Below, piece by piece: positions 51,041 to 64,000 of a stretch of DNA of 64,000 nt (its first letter is position 1; each line of letters starts with the position of its first letter). Both the position numbers and the translations under genes were made by a program. The notes beneath the pieces were generated by a model. It saw only the letters and a list, made by a program, of their open reading frames with translations. It did no database searches and was not told where the DNA came from. This DNA comes from Octopus bimaculoides (Eukaryota): the NCBI RefSeq assembly GCF_001194135.2, contig NC_068986.1, positions 37,732,458-37,796,457 of the forward strand. The letters run 5' to 3'.

Positions 51041-52326
51041 CCACCACCACCACCACCACCACCACCACCTAGATTTAACCATTTAAAAATAATTAAAAAA
51101 ATTAAATTTTCATGTTTATTTTTTGTTTCGTTTTTAGAAAATGTAAATTTGTAGCGTGTTTAATTTAATTTTTTTTTTTTTTTTGCGAGACAAAGATCTC
51201 CCGCCATTTTTAAAACGTTGGAATGCATTGTCATAATTGATGGCGCTGGTGTTGCTGTTCTGCGGCTCTTCTGAAATTTGAAAAAATAAAAAAAACTCCT
51301 GATAAAGTGCCCAGAATCCACCAGAATGTAATGAGATTAAAATGTACCCGATATATATATAATGTACCCGTTGGAATGTATTTGTTATTGAAAGAAACGG
51401 AAGTAGGGAAATTGAAATAATTTGACTATGTAAGAGACGCCCAGACAACAACAACATTTTAGCATTGCCGCCACTACCACCAACACCAACACCACCACCG
51501 CCTACACCACCACCAACACCACCACCAACACCACCACCACCAACACCACCGCCTACACCAACAATGCTACCATGGCTGCTGCTATTGGTGCTGCCATTGG
51601 TATTGACATTACAGCTGTTATTGACGCTATTCTGCACATGTTGTTATTATTACTGCAGCTGTTCTTACTATTACAGTATCTCTTATTGCAGCAACTAACG
51701 TTGTTGTTGTTGTTGTTGTTGTTGTTGATATTTAGCCCTAGGTCAATCCTGGTGCAGCAAATTTATAACCAGATTCATACAAGTCATTCTTATTGCGTGT
51801 ATTTCCACTGCAAACTATATTAACCAATGGTCCTTATTTGTTTATTTATTTCTACAAAAACAAAATAGATAATAAGGTCTGGTCTGAAGGTGATTTGACT
51901 AATGTTTCTAGCAGCAAAAGTAACCATGCAAAGGCTCCTTTGTTCTCTTGTAAACTGTGTTACTGTTGCTTCTATCACTGTTGTTACATTTAATACTACT
52001 TTTGTTTGATGATTGTTGCTGTTTAACCTTAAGTCAGCTTCAATCAAACAAGCCTTCAAAAAAGAATGCTAACTGTGACCTTCCCATCATTCATTCAGAC
52101 ACTGTCTATCACGAACCACACTATTCAATGTATCCTTTTTATTTAAGACGCAATACAGTGCTATATAAGAGAAATTTTGTTGGCCTTTCTAGGAAGTCGA
52201 GTAAGTGAGTGGAGTATATGTGGCCAAGTGAATGAGACACCAGCTTACAGAAACTGAGTTGAAATTCAAGAATTTCGCTGCATATGGTGTCCCATAACAG
52301 CGAGACACGTAATATTTGTTTATGTA

Positions 52327-52502
52327 CGAGGGGGTACCTCCCCACCAAAAAAATAAACGGAATTTTGCAATATTATTTTATTCACTTAGTTTTACATGTT
52401 TACATTTTTATCGCCTTCAAAGTATCCTCCATTTGAAGCAATGCATCGTTCCCGACGCATTTTCCTCTGCTCGAAGCAGTCCTAGAACTCTTACGAAGTG
52501 AT
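52327..52502. mobile_element. Mariner-like element left end, running into a gap
   Basis: TA|CGAGGGGGTACC start followed by ttcaaagtatcctccatttgaagcaatgca, typical of mariner 5' ends. Confidence 0.55.
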
Positions 52503-53155
52503 NNNNNNNNNNNNNNNNNNNNNNNNNNNNNNNNNNNNNNNNNNNNNNNNNNNNNNNNNNNNNNNNNNNNNNNNNNNNNNNNNNNNNNNNNNNNNNNNNN
52601 NNNNNNNNNNNNNNNNNNNNNNNNNNNNNNNNNNNNNNNNNNNNNNNNNNNNNNNNNNNNNNNNNNNNNNNNNNNNNNNNNNNNNNNNNNNNNNNNNNNN
52701 NNNNNNNNNNNNNNNNNNNNNNNNNNNNNNNNNNNNNNNNNNNNNNNNNNNNNNNNNNNNNNNNNNNNNNNNNNNNNNNNNNNNNNNNNNNNNNNNNNNN
52801 NNNNNNNNNNNNNNNNNNNNNNNNNNNNNNNNNNNNNNNNNNNNNNNNNNNNNNNNNNNNNNNNNNNNNNNNNNNNNNNNNNNNNNNNNNNNNNNNNNNN
52901 NNNNNNNNNNNNNNNNNNNNNNNNNNNNNNNNNNNNNNNNNNNNNNNNNNNNNNNNNNNNNNNNNNNNNNNNNNNNNNNNNNNNNNNNNNNNNNNNNNNN
53001 NNNNNNNNNNNNNNNNNNNNNNNNNNNNNNNNNNNNNNNNNNNNNNNNNNNNNNNNNNNNNNNNNNNNNNNNNNNNNNNNNNNNNNNNNNNNNNNNNNNN
53101 NNNNNNNNNNNNNNNNNNNNNNNNNNNNNNNNNNNNNNNNNNNNNNNNNNNNNNN

Positions 53156-53560
53156 GGCCCTTTGTGTTTGCAAACCATATGGTTCCGGGTTCAGACCCAA
53201 TGCGTGACACCTTGTGTATGTCTTCTACAATAGCCTCGGGCCGACCATTGGCTTGTGAATGGACTTGGCAGACGGAAACTGAAAGAATCCCGTCGTATAT
53301 GTATATATGTATGTATATTTATGTGTGAGTGTGTAGGGGGGGGTGCCTTTGTGTCTGTGTTTGTTTTCTCACTGTCGCCTGACAACTGATGTCGGCGTAT
53401 TTACATCCCCGTAACTTAGCGGGTACAATAAGTACTAGGCTTACAAAGAATAAGTCCTAGGGTCGATTTCTGCGATTAAAACCCTTTAAGGCGGTACTCC
53501 AGCATGGCCGCAGTCAAATGACTGAAACAAGTAAAGGAATAAAAGAATAAAAGAGCAAAA
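53156..53560 (+). mobile_element. Family B SINE
   Basis: gggttcagacccaatgcgtgacaccttg...cctcgggccgacc...gcatggccgcagtcaaatgactgaaacaagtaaagg. Confidence 0.85.
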
Positions 53561-54052
53561 GAATAAAAGGATAAACGAATCCCTCCTCTTCAAAGATGAT
53601 AATGTGAAATCTGCGTTTTAAACCGAGCAATCAGTAGAAGTTTGTTCGTTAGCTAACAGCGACGAACTCAACTTTTCTGATGAGCTTTGAGCAGGCAACA
53701 GAAAAATCATTGCCGTGTGACATACTTTGAATTTAGGTGTAAAAGGTGAGGAAAAAGGAGGGGGGGAAATAAATGAAGAGAAAAGTTACTTAGAAAGTAT
53801 CGCCATAAAAAATGCTGAGATATTAAAATGTAACAAATAACAAAAGCCATAAAAACAAAAGCATCGACAACTACAACAAGCAACATTGACGACAATAAAA
53901 ACCAAAATGCCAGTTATGTTTTGTTGATGGCGTTACTTTTGATTGACAGACTTTGGATTAGAGTTTAGATATGTTTAACAAGCCGCCATTATGTTAAAAT
54001 ATGTGAATCTTTGCAATCAGAAAAATATACGAACAATAGATACACTGAGAAA

Positions 54053-54084
<32 letters not shown>

Positions 54085-54103
54085 CAAAGAAAGAAACAAA
54101 GAT

Positions 54104-54142
<39 letters not shown>

Positions 54143-54436
54143 ATTGTAAACACTTGAAATGTTGTGGTGACATCTCTTTAGAAAACGATTGTCAATAGGT
54201 TGTCATAGTGGCACAAACACAGAAGAAACAAATAGAGAAGGAATAATGGTGAAATGAGAGGGGGTGGGGGGAATGAATGTATATTAAAAGAATGTAATCT
54301 TGTAGTTTTGACAAAGTTTATTGCTACGGAACAACGATGTTTCCATATTGCTTTCATTGCCTTAACAATGAGATAGATGGCATATGAATATGATTGACCT
54401 TTTAACCTTCAAATTACGATTTTTTACGTTATTTCT

Positions 54437-54483
<47 letters not shown>

Positions 54484-55109
54484 CTTTTTTTACTTGAGTT
54501 GACACTATACATTTGTCCGACTATATCTACCTGTCTCGGATTTTATCCTATTTATCTGTAAAAGTTGCCTCTTTCTCCTCCCCTTTGCTTTATTTATCTG
54601 TCTGTCTTAGAGCCCCCTTTCTTTCCTTTCCTTCCTTTTTCTTCTTCCCTCTCTTTCTCTCGCTCAAATTACGTTTATATTTACAAATGAAAGAAGAAGG
54701 AGTACTCAATACATATTGTAGAGTTTATACTTTCTTAGAAATAAGTCTATGGTTATTCCATTGCTTGGCAGATGCAGATTTTCGAGCACTATATATACGC
54801 ATGATAGATCAGTCGGACAGTATAGTATCTTGCACAAAGCTCTTATTGTCCCAGATCGACTCAATTCTCACTACCGAAGTTACGTTGACAAAAACTGTGC
54901 GGATGGCCGTCAGATAGTTTGTACTTGTGAGCCAAAGACCCAGGCTTGTTACACACACTATCACACGATTTCTGACTTAGCATGACGTTAATGGTAGACG
55001 TGAATGTTGAACTCTCAACCACTAAAACACTAACTTGACTGATCAACCTACAAACCGATGGAAGTCCATTTATTTACCACTCCCATACTCACTCTCATAC
55101 CTTCTTTCT

Positions 55110-55164
<55 letters not shown>

Positions 55165-55778
55165 CATACATCCATACAAACACACACACGCACACACACG
55201 CACATATATAGACACATACATTTATATATANNNNNNNNNNNNNNNNNNNNNNNNNNNNNNNNNNNNNNNNNNNNNNNNNNNNNNNNNNNNNNNNNNNNNN
55301 NNNNNNNNNNNNNNNNNNNNNNNNNNNNNNNNNNNNNNNNNNNNNNNNNNNNNNNNNNNNNNNNNNNNNNNNNNNNNNNNNNNNNNNNNNNNNNNNNNNN
55401 NNNNNNNNNNNNNNNNNNNNNNNNNNNNNNNNNNNNNNNNNNNNNNNNNNNNNNNNNNNNNNNNNNNNNNNNNNNNNNNNNNNNNNNNNNNNNNNNNNNN
55501 NNNNNNNNNNNNNNNNNNNNNNNNNNNNNNNNNNNNNNNNNNNNNNNNNNNNNNNNNNNNNNNNNNNNNNNNNNNNNNNNNNNNNNNNNNNNNNNNNNNN
55601 NNNNNNNNNNNNNNNNNNNNNNNNNNNNNNNNNNNNNNNNNNNNNNNNNNNNNNNNNNNNNNNNNNNNNNNNNNNNNNNNNNNNNNNNNNNNNNNNNNNN
55701 NNNNNNNNNNNNNNNNNNATACACTCCTGCATACATACTTACATACATACATACATACATGTACATACATGCAGGCAC

Positions 55779-55826
<48 letters not shown>

Positions 55827-56635
55827 TCTGGCAATGTTATGTCCCTTCTACTGTATTTAAATAGTTTAGAGGTTGAGATATGCTTTTCTGACATGTATGT
55901 CTACCGATTAGATTACTTCTAACCCTTGTTTGGGGTCTTTGTGATAAGGGTATCATGTTCAGAGTACGGTGCCGCCATGCATTTAAGGGGTTTCCCCCAC
56001 AGAAAACTCATTGATTTCCTTTAACTTACAACCTGCTTGCATATCTGTGAATCTACCTAGCTAGCCATCCATTTATCTATTAGTATACATCTGTATAAAC
56101 ACAAACATATATGCATATATGTAGGCGTCCGTACATACATGTATGTGTGTAGAGAGAGAGTGAGAGAGTGAGAGATGTCTGTGTGTGTGTTTGCTTGTTT
56201 GTGCGGGGGAGATATTTGTGTTTGTGATTCACTAAGTACAAGATAATATATCATTTCTTTTGTATATATTTGACTGCTTCTATCTGTTTTGAGTTGTTTG
56301 TCTGAGATCTTGTAAATAGTACAGAAAACAAATCAAAACAAAAATATGAAATTACCTCCACACACACATATAGGGCCCTCGTCCATACATACACAAACAC
56401 AGACATTGTTTAGTGTGTATACACACCTGTTCATCGATATAAGCAGAAGATATAATTTCACCTGAGGTACGGTTTTGTTTTGACAGAATCGTTAGAACGC
56501 AAAAGTTTTGGGCCTTGTGCCTAGAGTAGAAAAAGAAACGTTGGAACGCAGGACACAATTCATTGCGTTATTTCTTCCTGCTCTTTACCTTCTGAGTTCA
56601 AATCTCGCCGATGTCAACTTACTTTTAATCCTCCT

Positions 56636-56953
56636 GGGCTTGTCTGAATTGCGTGTAGAGCGACTAAACAGCTTTTGCACTCGTTCAGTTGACTTGCAAA
56701 GTCATAAAGAACAGCTACTATGATTTGTCGGATGGATCTGGTTGTCAGCTGAATCCATACTAATCATTACCCTGTCACCCTTCTTTAACCGGACAAGGAA
56801 GGTAGTTTTCCTCTGTCTAGTGGTTATAGAGAGAAAGGTTGTGTGATTGACGAGACTGAAAGATATGAGGACAGAGACTTTCTTCTTTGGTAGAGCCCAC
56901 ATCGACTTTTTCAAGTTGTACTTGAAAAGGAATGCGAGAATGGGGAGACTGAT

Positions 56954-56956
<3 letters not shown>
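56636..56956 (+). mobile_element. Degenerate Tx1/L1 ORF2 C-terminal fragment
   Basis: Decayed Cys knuckle (CLNC..SD.T) followed by EQLL*FVGWIWLSAESIL...VFLCLVVIERKVV*LTRLK...DFFKLYLKR, resembling the post-knuckle ..K..IW..R.. region of L1/Tx1 ORF2. It abuts (TAG)n. Confidence 0.5.
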
Positions 56957-57005
<49 letters not shown>

Positions 57006-57397
57006 CTGCAGCAGCAACAACAGCAGCAGCATTCCGTCGTGGTGTACTTTGACTCTCATCCTTTCGGATGTCGATAAATTAAGTACCAGTTAACTACTAG
57101 GATCGATATGAGCAACCATTTCCCTTCCCCTAAAATTTATCATTTATCCCTAGAGTCATCCTATGTCAGGAGGGCTTCATCTCTATCATCCTCCCCACCA
57201 CCAACTTTTTTTTTTAACCTTTGTACACCATGAATATGTCCATTCTTTTTCCGTATATATCGCGTATACTGACTTTTTTTTATCATTTCATTATATGTAA
57301 AGCTTCACACTTTATGTCTGTCTTTGTATTGTTCCTCTCATTCTTCCCCCTTGTGGCAAATAAATGAAATCTTTATTATTATTATTATTATTATTAT

Positions 57398-57441
<44 letters not shown>

Positions 57442-58010
57442 TTCAATACGACTTGTTGGTTCCCCTAATTTTTTTTTTTTCATTCCTATTTCCTCAATTG
57501 CCATTCAAGTAATAACTTTTAATGATGTGACATAATAAGATTATACTTTCCAGTATAATCCCTATGGGTTTTCTCGCAAAGAATACGCCCCTTGGAAGAA
57601 CTACATAACAAGCGTAGCTGTAACACACTGTCGCACATGTGTCTGTGTGTGCATATGTCTGTGTCGATGTGTATACGTGTATTTGTGCAGTAGAGGGTTG
57701 TATGTGCGTCTATGCATGTCTCTGTTGCGTATTTCTTATTTTCTTTCAATATTGGAAAGTTTTGCGGGGATTATTTTCATAGAAAATACAAGACGGCCAT
57801 TTCTATTGTACTTGCACTCGTGTAAGACAAGCATCTCGATCAACAGGATATACATACATACATACATACATACATACATACATACATACGTACATACATA
57901 CACACGCGCACATACATACATACATACATACATACATACCTACATACATACATACATATACATATGCATATACATATACACAGTTACACACATATATATA
58001 TGTAGATATA

Positions 58011-58066
<56 letters not shown>

Positions 58067-58211
58067 AGAGAGTGTGTGTATATATATTTTTTTTGCCTAT
58101 ATGGCTTTTATGCTTGCGGCCACTAACNNNNNNNNNNNNNNNNNNNNNNNNNNNNNNNNNNNNNNNNNNNNNNNNNNNNNNNNNNNTATAGAGAGAGAGA
58201 GAGAGAGAGAG

Positions 58212-58375
58212 ATAAGACGGGCTTCTTTCAGTTTCCGTCTACAAAATCCACTCACACGACCTTGGTCGGCCCGAGGCTATAATAGAAGACGCTTGCTCAA
58301 GGTGCCAGGCGTTGGGATTGAGCCTAAAACCATGTAGTTTGGAAGCAAGCTTCTTATCACACAGCCACACATTAA
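58212..58375 (-). mobile_element. Family B SINE 5' half
   Basis: gacgggcttctttcagtttccgtctac...ttggtcggcccgaggctataatagaagac. Confidence 0.8.
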
Positions 58376-58534
58376 AGCACATATATATAATAGAAATACA
58401 GTTTCGACACCTTGAATCATGCGTATACTGGACCGGGGTTGATCTACGGCTAATCAACAACAAAATTTGCTACAAACAAATACATTTTCATGCATAATCT
58501 CATGGTCGGCTTCCATCATCGTTTAGTAACTCAC

Positions 58535-58666
58535 AAATGACAAAGTGGACTTCCGCTGTTTCCACTGTCTGCCAAGAGGATCCTTGAGCTAACAAACGTC
58601 TGTTTCTTCTCTGTGTGTATTCTTCACCATTATCTGAGTTTAACCAGTCCCTTCGCTGCTTCATGG
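58535..58666 (-). CDS. Candidate 132-nt phase 1-1 exon (MKQRRDWLNSDNGEEY...EVHFVI)
   Basis: ttattcattatctgcgtag|CCATG; single open frame; donor ATTT|gtgagt. Confidence 0.22.
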
Positions 58667-59075
58667 CTACGCAGATAATGAATAATGATTCACTTGTCTT
58701 CATTTTTTTCGCGTGGGGGGGGGGACTTATAGACTTATTCATATAAACATGAACGCACACACGTATGAACATACAAACACACAAGTATATAAACACACAA
58801 ATGCATATATAAATTCACGCATATATGTACACATATACATACTAGTGCAGATACACATGCACACGTACTCCCGTTAATAGCAGATGTACCTTTAGGGTGT
58901 ATTAATTGTGATATATATGTTATATACATGTGTATGAGTGGAGTTATGGACAGATAGAGAGATAGATAGGGAGAGAAAGAGAGAGAGATACATACATGCA
59001 GGTAGGCATGTATGCATATATACATAAAACAATGTGGACGCACACAAAGACACACACGCACACATACGTACATAA

Positions 59076-59107
<32 letters not shown>

Positions 59108-59132
59108 ACACGCACACACATATATATATATA

Positions 59133-59201
59133 CGAGAGGATGAAGAAAAGTTCCTAGCTTTAAGGGTTTCGCGGAAGGCCTGGTTGGAGGCTCAACTTTC
59201 C
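59133..59201. mobile_element. End of a mariner MITE of the same family as 7329-7525, running into a gap
   Basis: TA|CGAGAGGATGAAGAAAAGTTCCTAGCTTTAAGGG...GGCCTGGTTGGAGG matches the reverse complement of about 7465-7525. Confidence 0.7.
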
Positions 59202-59957
59202 NNNNNNNNNNNNNNNNNNNNNNNNNNNNNNNNNNNNNNNNNNNNNNNNNNNNNNNNNNNNNNNNNNNNNNNNNNNNNNNNNNNNNNNNNNNNNNNNNNN
59301 NNNNNNNNNNNNNNNNNNNNNNNNNNNNNNNNNNNNNNNNNNNNNNNNNNNNNNNNNNNNNNNNNNNNNNNNNNNNNNNNNNNNNNNNNNNNNNNNNNNN
59401 NNNNNNNNNNNNNNNNNNNNNNNNNNNNNNNNNNNNNNNNNNNNNNNNNNNNNNNNNNNNNNNNNNNNNNNNNNNNNNNNNNNNNNNNNNNNNNNNNNNN
59501 NNNNNNNNNNNNNNNNNNNNNNNNNNNNNNNNNNNNNNNNNNNNNNNNNNNNNNNNNNNNNNNNNNNNNNNNNNNNNNNNNNNNNNNNNNNNNNNNNNNN
59601 NNNNNNNNNNNNNNNNNNNNNNNNNNNNNNNNNNNNNNNNNNNNNNNNNNNNNNNNNNNNNNNNNNNNNNNNNNNNNNNNNNNNNNNNNNNNNNNNNNNN
59701 NNNNNNNNNNNNNNNNNNNNNNNNNNNNNNNNNNNNNNNNNNNNNNNNNNNNNNNNNNNNNNNNNNNNNNNNNNNNNNNNNNNNNNNNNNNNNNNNNNNN
59801 NNNNNNNNNNNNNNNNNNNNNNNNNNNNNNNNNNNNNNNNNNNNNNNNNNNNNNNNNNNNNNNNNNNNNNNNNNNNNNNNNNNNNNNNNNNNNNNNNNNN
59901 NNNNNNNNNNNNNNNNNNNNNNNNNNNNNNNNNNNNNNNNNNNNNNNNNNNNNNNNN

Positions 59958-59992
<35 letters not shown>

Positions 59993-60416
59993 ATATATCC
60001 GCACACACTTAGACATACATATGGAAGGGTGTTACCCTACATATTCAACTTCATTTCCAACAGTTCACATCTTATCTTATATTTCATCGTTTTTTTCTTT
60101 TTCAAATATCTCATTATTTTTCTACACTACATTGATTCTACGCATATCTCTGTCTCTCTTATTCTCTCTCTCCCTCCCTCTCGCTCTCTCGCTCTCTCTA
60201 TCTATCTATCTATCTATTTATCTATCCCTATCTCTCTCGTTCTTTCTTTCTCCCTCTGTCTCTCTTTATCTATCTGTCTATCTTATCTGTTCGCCACACA
60301 TACACAAATACATAATATGTGCAGGCGTACTCATAGGCATACATGTACATACAAATATACACATGCATACACACATACTTGTAGATATATATGTATGTAC
60401 ACTAACATGCAGACAC

Positions 60417-60469
<53 letters not shown>

Positions 60470-61444
60470 TACACACTTACATACACATGTGCATTCATAT
60501 ATACTGACTGTTCATATTCATTTGCACACATACACGCACATGCAAACACATATACATAAATACATACACACGTGCGCGCCCATGGATGCATAAATACACA
60601 AGCACATGCACACACGCACACACATACACACATATACATACATACAAATATACATATGTACTAACATACCTACCTACATACACACATACATATATGCACG
60701 CGTATATATATATACATGCATACCTGAATTCATACCTACCAACCTACTTACATACATACACACCCTTACATAAATGCATACATAAATGTATACATGCAAG
60801 CCCATATATANNNNNNNNNNNNNNNNNNNNNNNNNNNNNNNNNNNNNNNNNNNNNNNNNNNNNNNNNNNNNNNNNNNNNNNNNNNNNNNNNNNNNNNNNN
60901 NNNNNNNNNNNNNNNNNNNNNNNNNNNNNNNNNNNNNNNNNNNNNNNNNNNNNNNNNNNNNNNNNNNNNNNNNNNNNNNNNNNNNNNNNNNNNNNNNNNN
61001 NNNNNNNNNNNNNNNNNNNNNNNNNNNNNNNNNNNNNNNNNNNNNNNNNNNNNNNNNNNNNNNNNNNNNNNNNNNNNNNNNNNNNNNNNNNNNNNNNNNN
61101 NNNNNNNNNNNNNNNNNNNNNNNNNNNNNNNNNNNNNNNNNNNNNNNNNNNNNNNNNNNNNNNNNNNNNNNNNNNNNNNNNNNNNNNNNNNNNNNNNNNN
61201 NNNNNNNNNNNNNNNNNNNNNNNNNNNNNNNNNNNNNNNNNNNNNNNNNNNNNNNNNNNNNNNNNNNNNNNNNNNNNNNNNNNNNNNNNNNNNNNNNNNN
61301 NNNNNNNNNNNNNNNNNNNNNNNNNNNNNNNNNNNNNNNNNNNNNNNNNNNNNNNNNNNNNNNNNNNNNNNNNNNNNNNNNNNNNNNNNNNNNNNNNNNN
61401 NNNNNNNNNNNNNNNNNNNNNNNNNNNNNNNNNNNNNNTAATAT

Positions 61445-61451
61445 CATTATT

Positions 61452-61505
<54 letters not shown>

Positions 61506-61533
61506 ATTATTATTATTATTATTATTATCATCA

Positions 61534-61592
<59 letters not shown>
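61445..61592. repeat. (GTT)n-(ATT)n microsatellite
   Basis: Direct reading. Confidence 0.95.
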
Positions 61593-62121
61593 GCACGAGA
61601 TTCATTAATAACCAGCTAAGCACCTCTTTACAACATAACTTATTGTTAGACGCTTCCTTTGGCACCCAATCAGGATTTAATAGAGTCGTGGTCTTCTCTA
61701 GAGACTAGAAAGAGAGAGGGAGATAGAGAGAGAGAGGGGGAGAGAGTGAGGAAGAGGAAGAACAAGAAGGAGAGAGAATATGAGATGGAGGGACATAGCC
61801 CCTCTCCTCCTCTCATCCCACAATTCTACGACCATTACTGCCTGCCCTCGCTAAACTATTATCATTATCACTTTCGCTGCCACCATTTTTTAGCTATGAA
61901 TCAAATTGCTCAGACACACACATATATACACACACATATATATACACACACATATATATACACACGCACATACTCAGACGTATTGCATATGCGCACATAC
62001 ATGTATATACGTGCAGATATATATATACACATATGTATATGTATTTACATACATCTCTATATAAACATTCATATATTCATACATATATACATATATACAT
62101 ATATGTACATATATATACAAT

Positions 62122-62174
<53 letters not shown>

Positions 62175-62318
62175 ATATATATATATAGTGAACGATTTCA
62201 GAATATAATACACACACTCATATATAAATATATTTATGTGTTTATAAATGTGTGTGAGTGTATTTTTATATATGTACATAAATACATATATACGCATTTA
62301 CATGTATGGGTGTGTATG

Positions 62319-62384
<66 letters not shown>

Positions 62385-62749
62385 TGCATTCATACATACC
62401 TGTATCATCCTCATCCACTTCCTCTTCCGCAACATCATCATCATCACGATGTTACACTGTGCCAAAGACCACCACTTTGACACATTCTTCCTCCGTGATA
62501 GAATGAAATCGGTTGTCTTGGAGAATATGGATAAGCTTAGTAGGTTCTACGACGTTCTCACAGGCTTCGTACAACTGAGAGAAAGAGGGAGGGAGGGGGA
62601 AGACAGAGATGGAGACAAATAAAATCACCGACTCAGAGAGAGAGAGAAGGTGGAAGGGAGGGAGGGAGAGAAAAAAGAAAGAAACAAAGGAATGTAGAAA
62701 AAGTTGAGGCGAAGAACCGATCCGAGTATTTGGTTGCGGTTTTTATTTA

Positions 62750-62880
62750 TTGATTCAGGAAGGATGAAAAGCAATGTTGACCTCAGCGGGATTTGAACTC
62801 AGAAAGCAAAGAGCCGGAACCGGAACGCAAAGTGCGCTACATTTGTCAAACACTCTAATGATTCTGTTATTCGACCGGGC
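62750..62880 (-). mobile_element. Degenerate family A SINE
   Basis: gttgacctcagcgggatttgaactcagaa...ctaatgattctg. Confidence 0.65.
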
Positions 62881-63184
62881 GTGTGAGTGCATGCACACTT
62901 GGGTGAGTATGCTACGTATATGTGCGCGCGCGCGCGCGCGTGTGTGTTGTATGCATTATATATTATATGAGCAGATACTTTATTATATATACATGTTAGG
63001 GATGGTACCTAAGAAGAATGTTTAGAGCGTCGAACAAAGTGCCGTGTATTATCTAGCGACGATTCTACATTCTGCGTTCATACCTTGGCTCGACTTTCCC
63101 TTTCATCTTTCCATGAAGTTCTAGATTGTTCTCCTCTTGAAATTTTCAACCTTGCACCTATGTAAGAAATCAATATGTAATACA

Positions 63185-63345
63185 CCAGAGGCGCAGGCGT
63201 CGCTGTGTGCTAAGAATCTTGCGTGGCAACCACATGGTTCCAGGTTCAGTCTCACTGTGTAACACTGTAGGTGTCTTCCACTATAGTCTTGGGTCGACCA
63301 AAGCCTTCTGAATGGATTTGGTAGACAGAAAGTGAAAGAAACTTG
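63185..63345 (+). mobile_element. Family B SINE 5' half
   Basis: gcgcaggcgtcgctgtgtgctaagaa...ggtcgaccaaagccttctgaatggatttggtagacagaa. Confidence 0.8.
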
Positions 63346-63384
63346 TCATGTGTGTGGGGAGATGTATGTACGTGCGCGCATGTA

Positions 63385-63487
<103 letters not shown>

Positions 63488-63914
63488 ACGTGAAGGCGCA
63501 TGGCATGTTTGTTAGGGTGTTGCACGAAGGACTGGGTAGTGCGTTGATCAAAACAACTCATCTCACCTTGCTCTGCAGTTACTTCGACACCTGACGTGTG
63601 GTACACTGTGCACCTGTTCGGGCAACGTCGATTTTGATGGAGAGAGTCAGCTAATATATAGCACAAACATCTGATCACTACAAACAAATCATTTGTGTTC
63701 GCATCCGAAGAGAGCAGTTTATTTCAAATTGGTGTATCATTTGCAATGATCGATTAAATGGAGCTGCTTGAAACGGCCGTAATGCACTAATACCTGGACA
63801 TCCTTGTTACTTATTTGCTTTTTATTTATCTAACTTTGAGCTGTGCGGACAATAGTGAACAGACTTGGTGCCTCAACGCAAGTACCTAATTCAACTGAAT
63901 CTTAAATATTTCTT

Positions 63915-63973
<59 letters not shown>

Positions 63974-64000
63974 TGATGTGTGTGTGTATTATATTGAAAA

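Noticed and set aside
54854-54925. 72-nt plus-strand exon candidate (RLNSHYRSYVDKNCADGRQIVCT)
   Set aside because: Isolated, no homology, and no supporting plus-strand exons.
62455-62517. Minus-strand ECVKVVVFG, like a small-GTPase first strand
   Set aside because: No GxxxxGK follows, a stop comes within a few codons, and there is no usable donor.

Overview
AT-rich, microsatellite-saturated eukaryotic DNA from a fragmented assembly, with 20 N-gaps, most flanked by simple repeats. The SINE families and repeat density point to a coleoid cephalopod (Octopus-like) genome; this is inferred from recognising the repeats, not from a database search. No complete host gene is recognisable, and almost all ORFs in the track are translations of microsatellites or N-runs. 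The only long protein-like ORF (23576-24566) is a Tx1/L1-type retrotransposon ORF1 with a heptad repeat, an RRM-like region and a CCHC knuckle split by one extra G, and no ORF2 follows it. Other TE relics: an R4/Dong-like LINE inside a (TAA)n tract, a second RLE-endonuclease fragment, a CR1/L2-like RT fragment, a Tx1/L1 ORF2 C-terminal fragment, a Helitron Rep fragment, a DINE-1/HINE-like Helentron derivative, mariner and pogo MITEs, and dozens of tRNA-derived SINEs in at least three families. Several short minus-strand exon candidates suggest the window is the long-intron 5' part of an unidentified minus-strand gene; the best is a signal-peptide-like exon at 32005-31920. I found no clear new biological system. 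The best leads are the ORF1-only element, a twin-priming-like SINE inversion, target-site nesting of R4/Dong in SINE tails, and two long inverted repeats.
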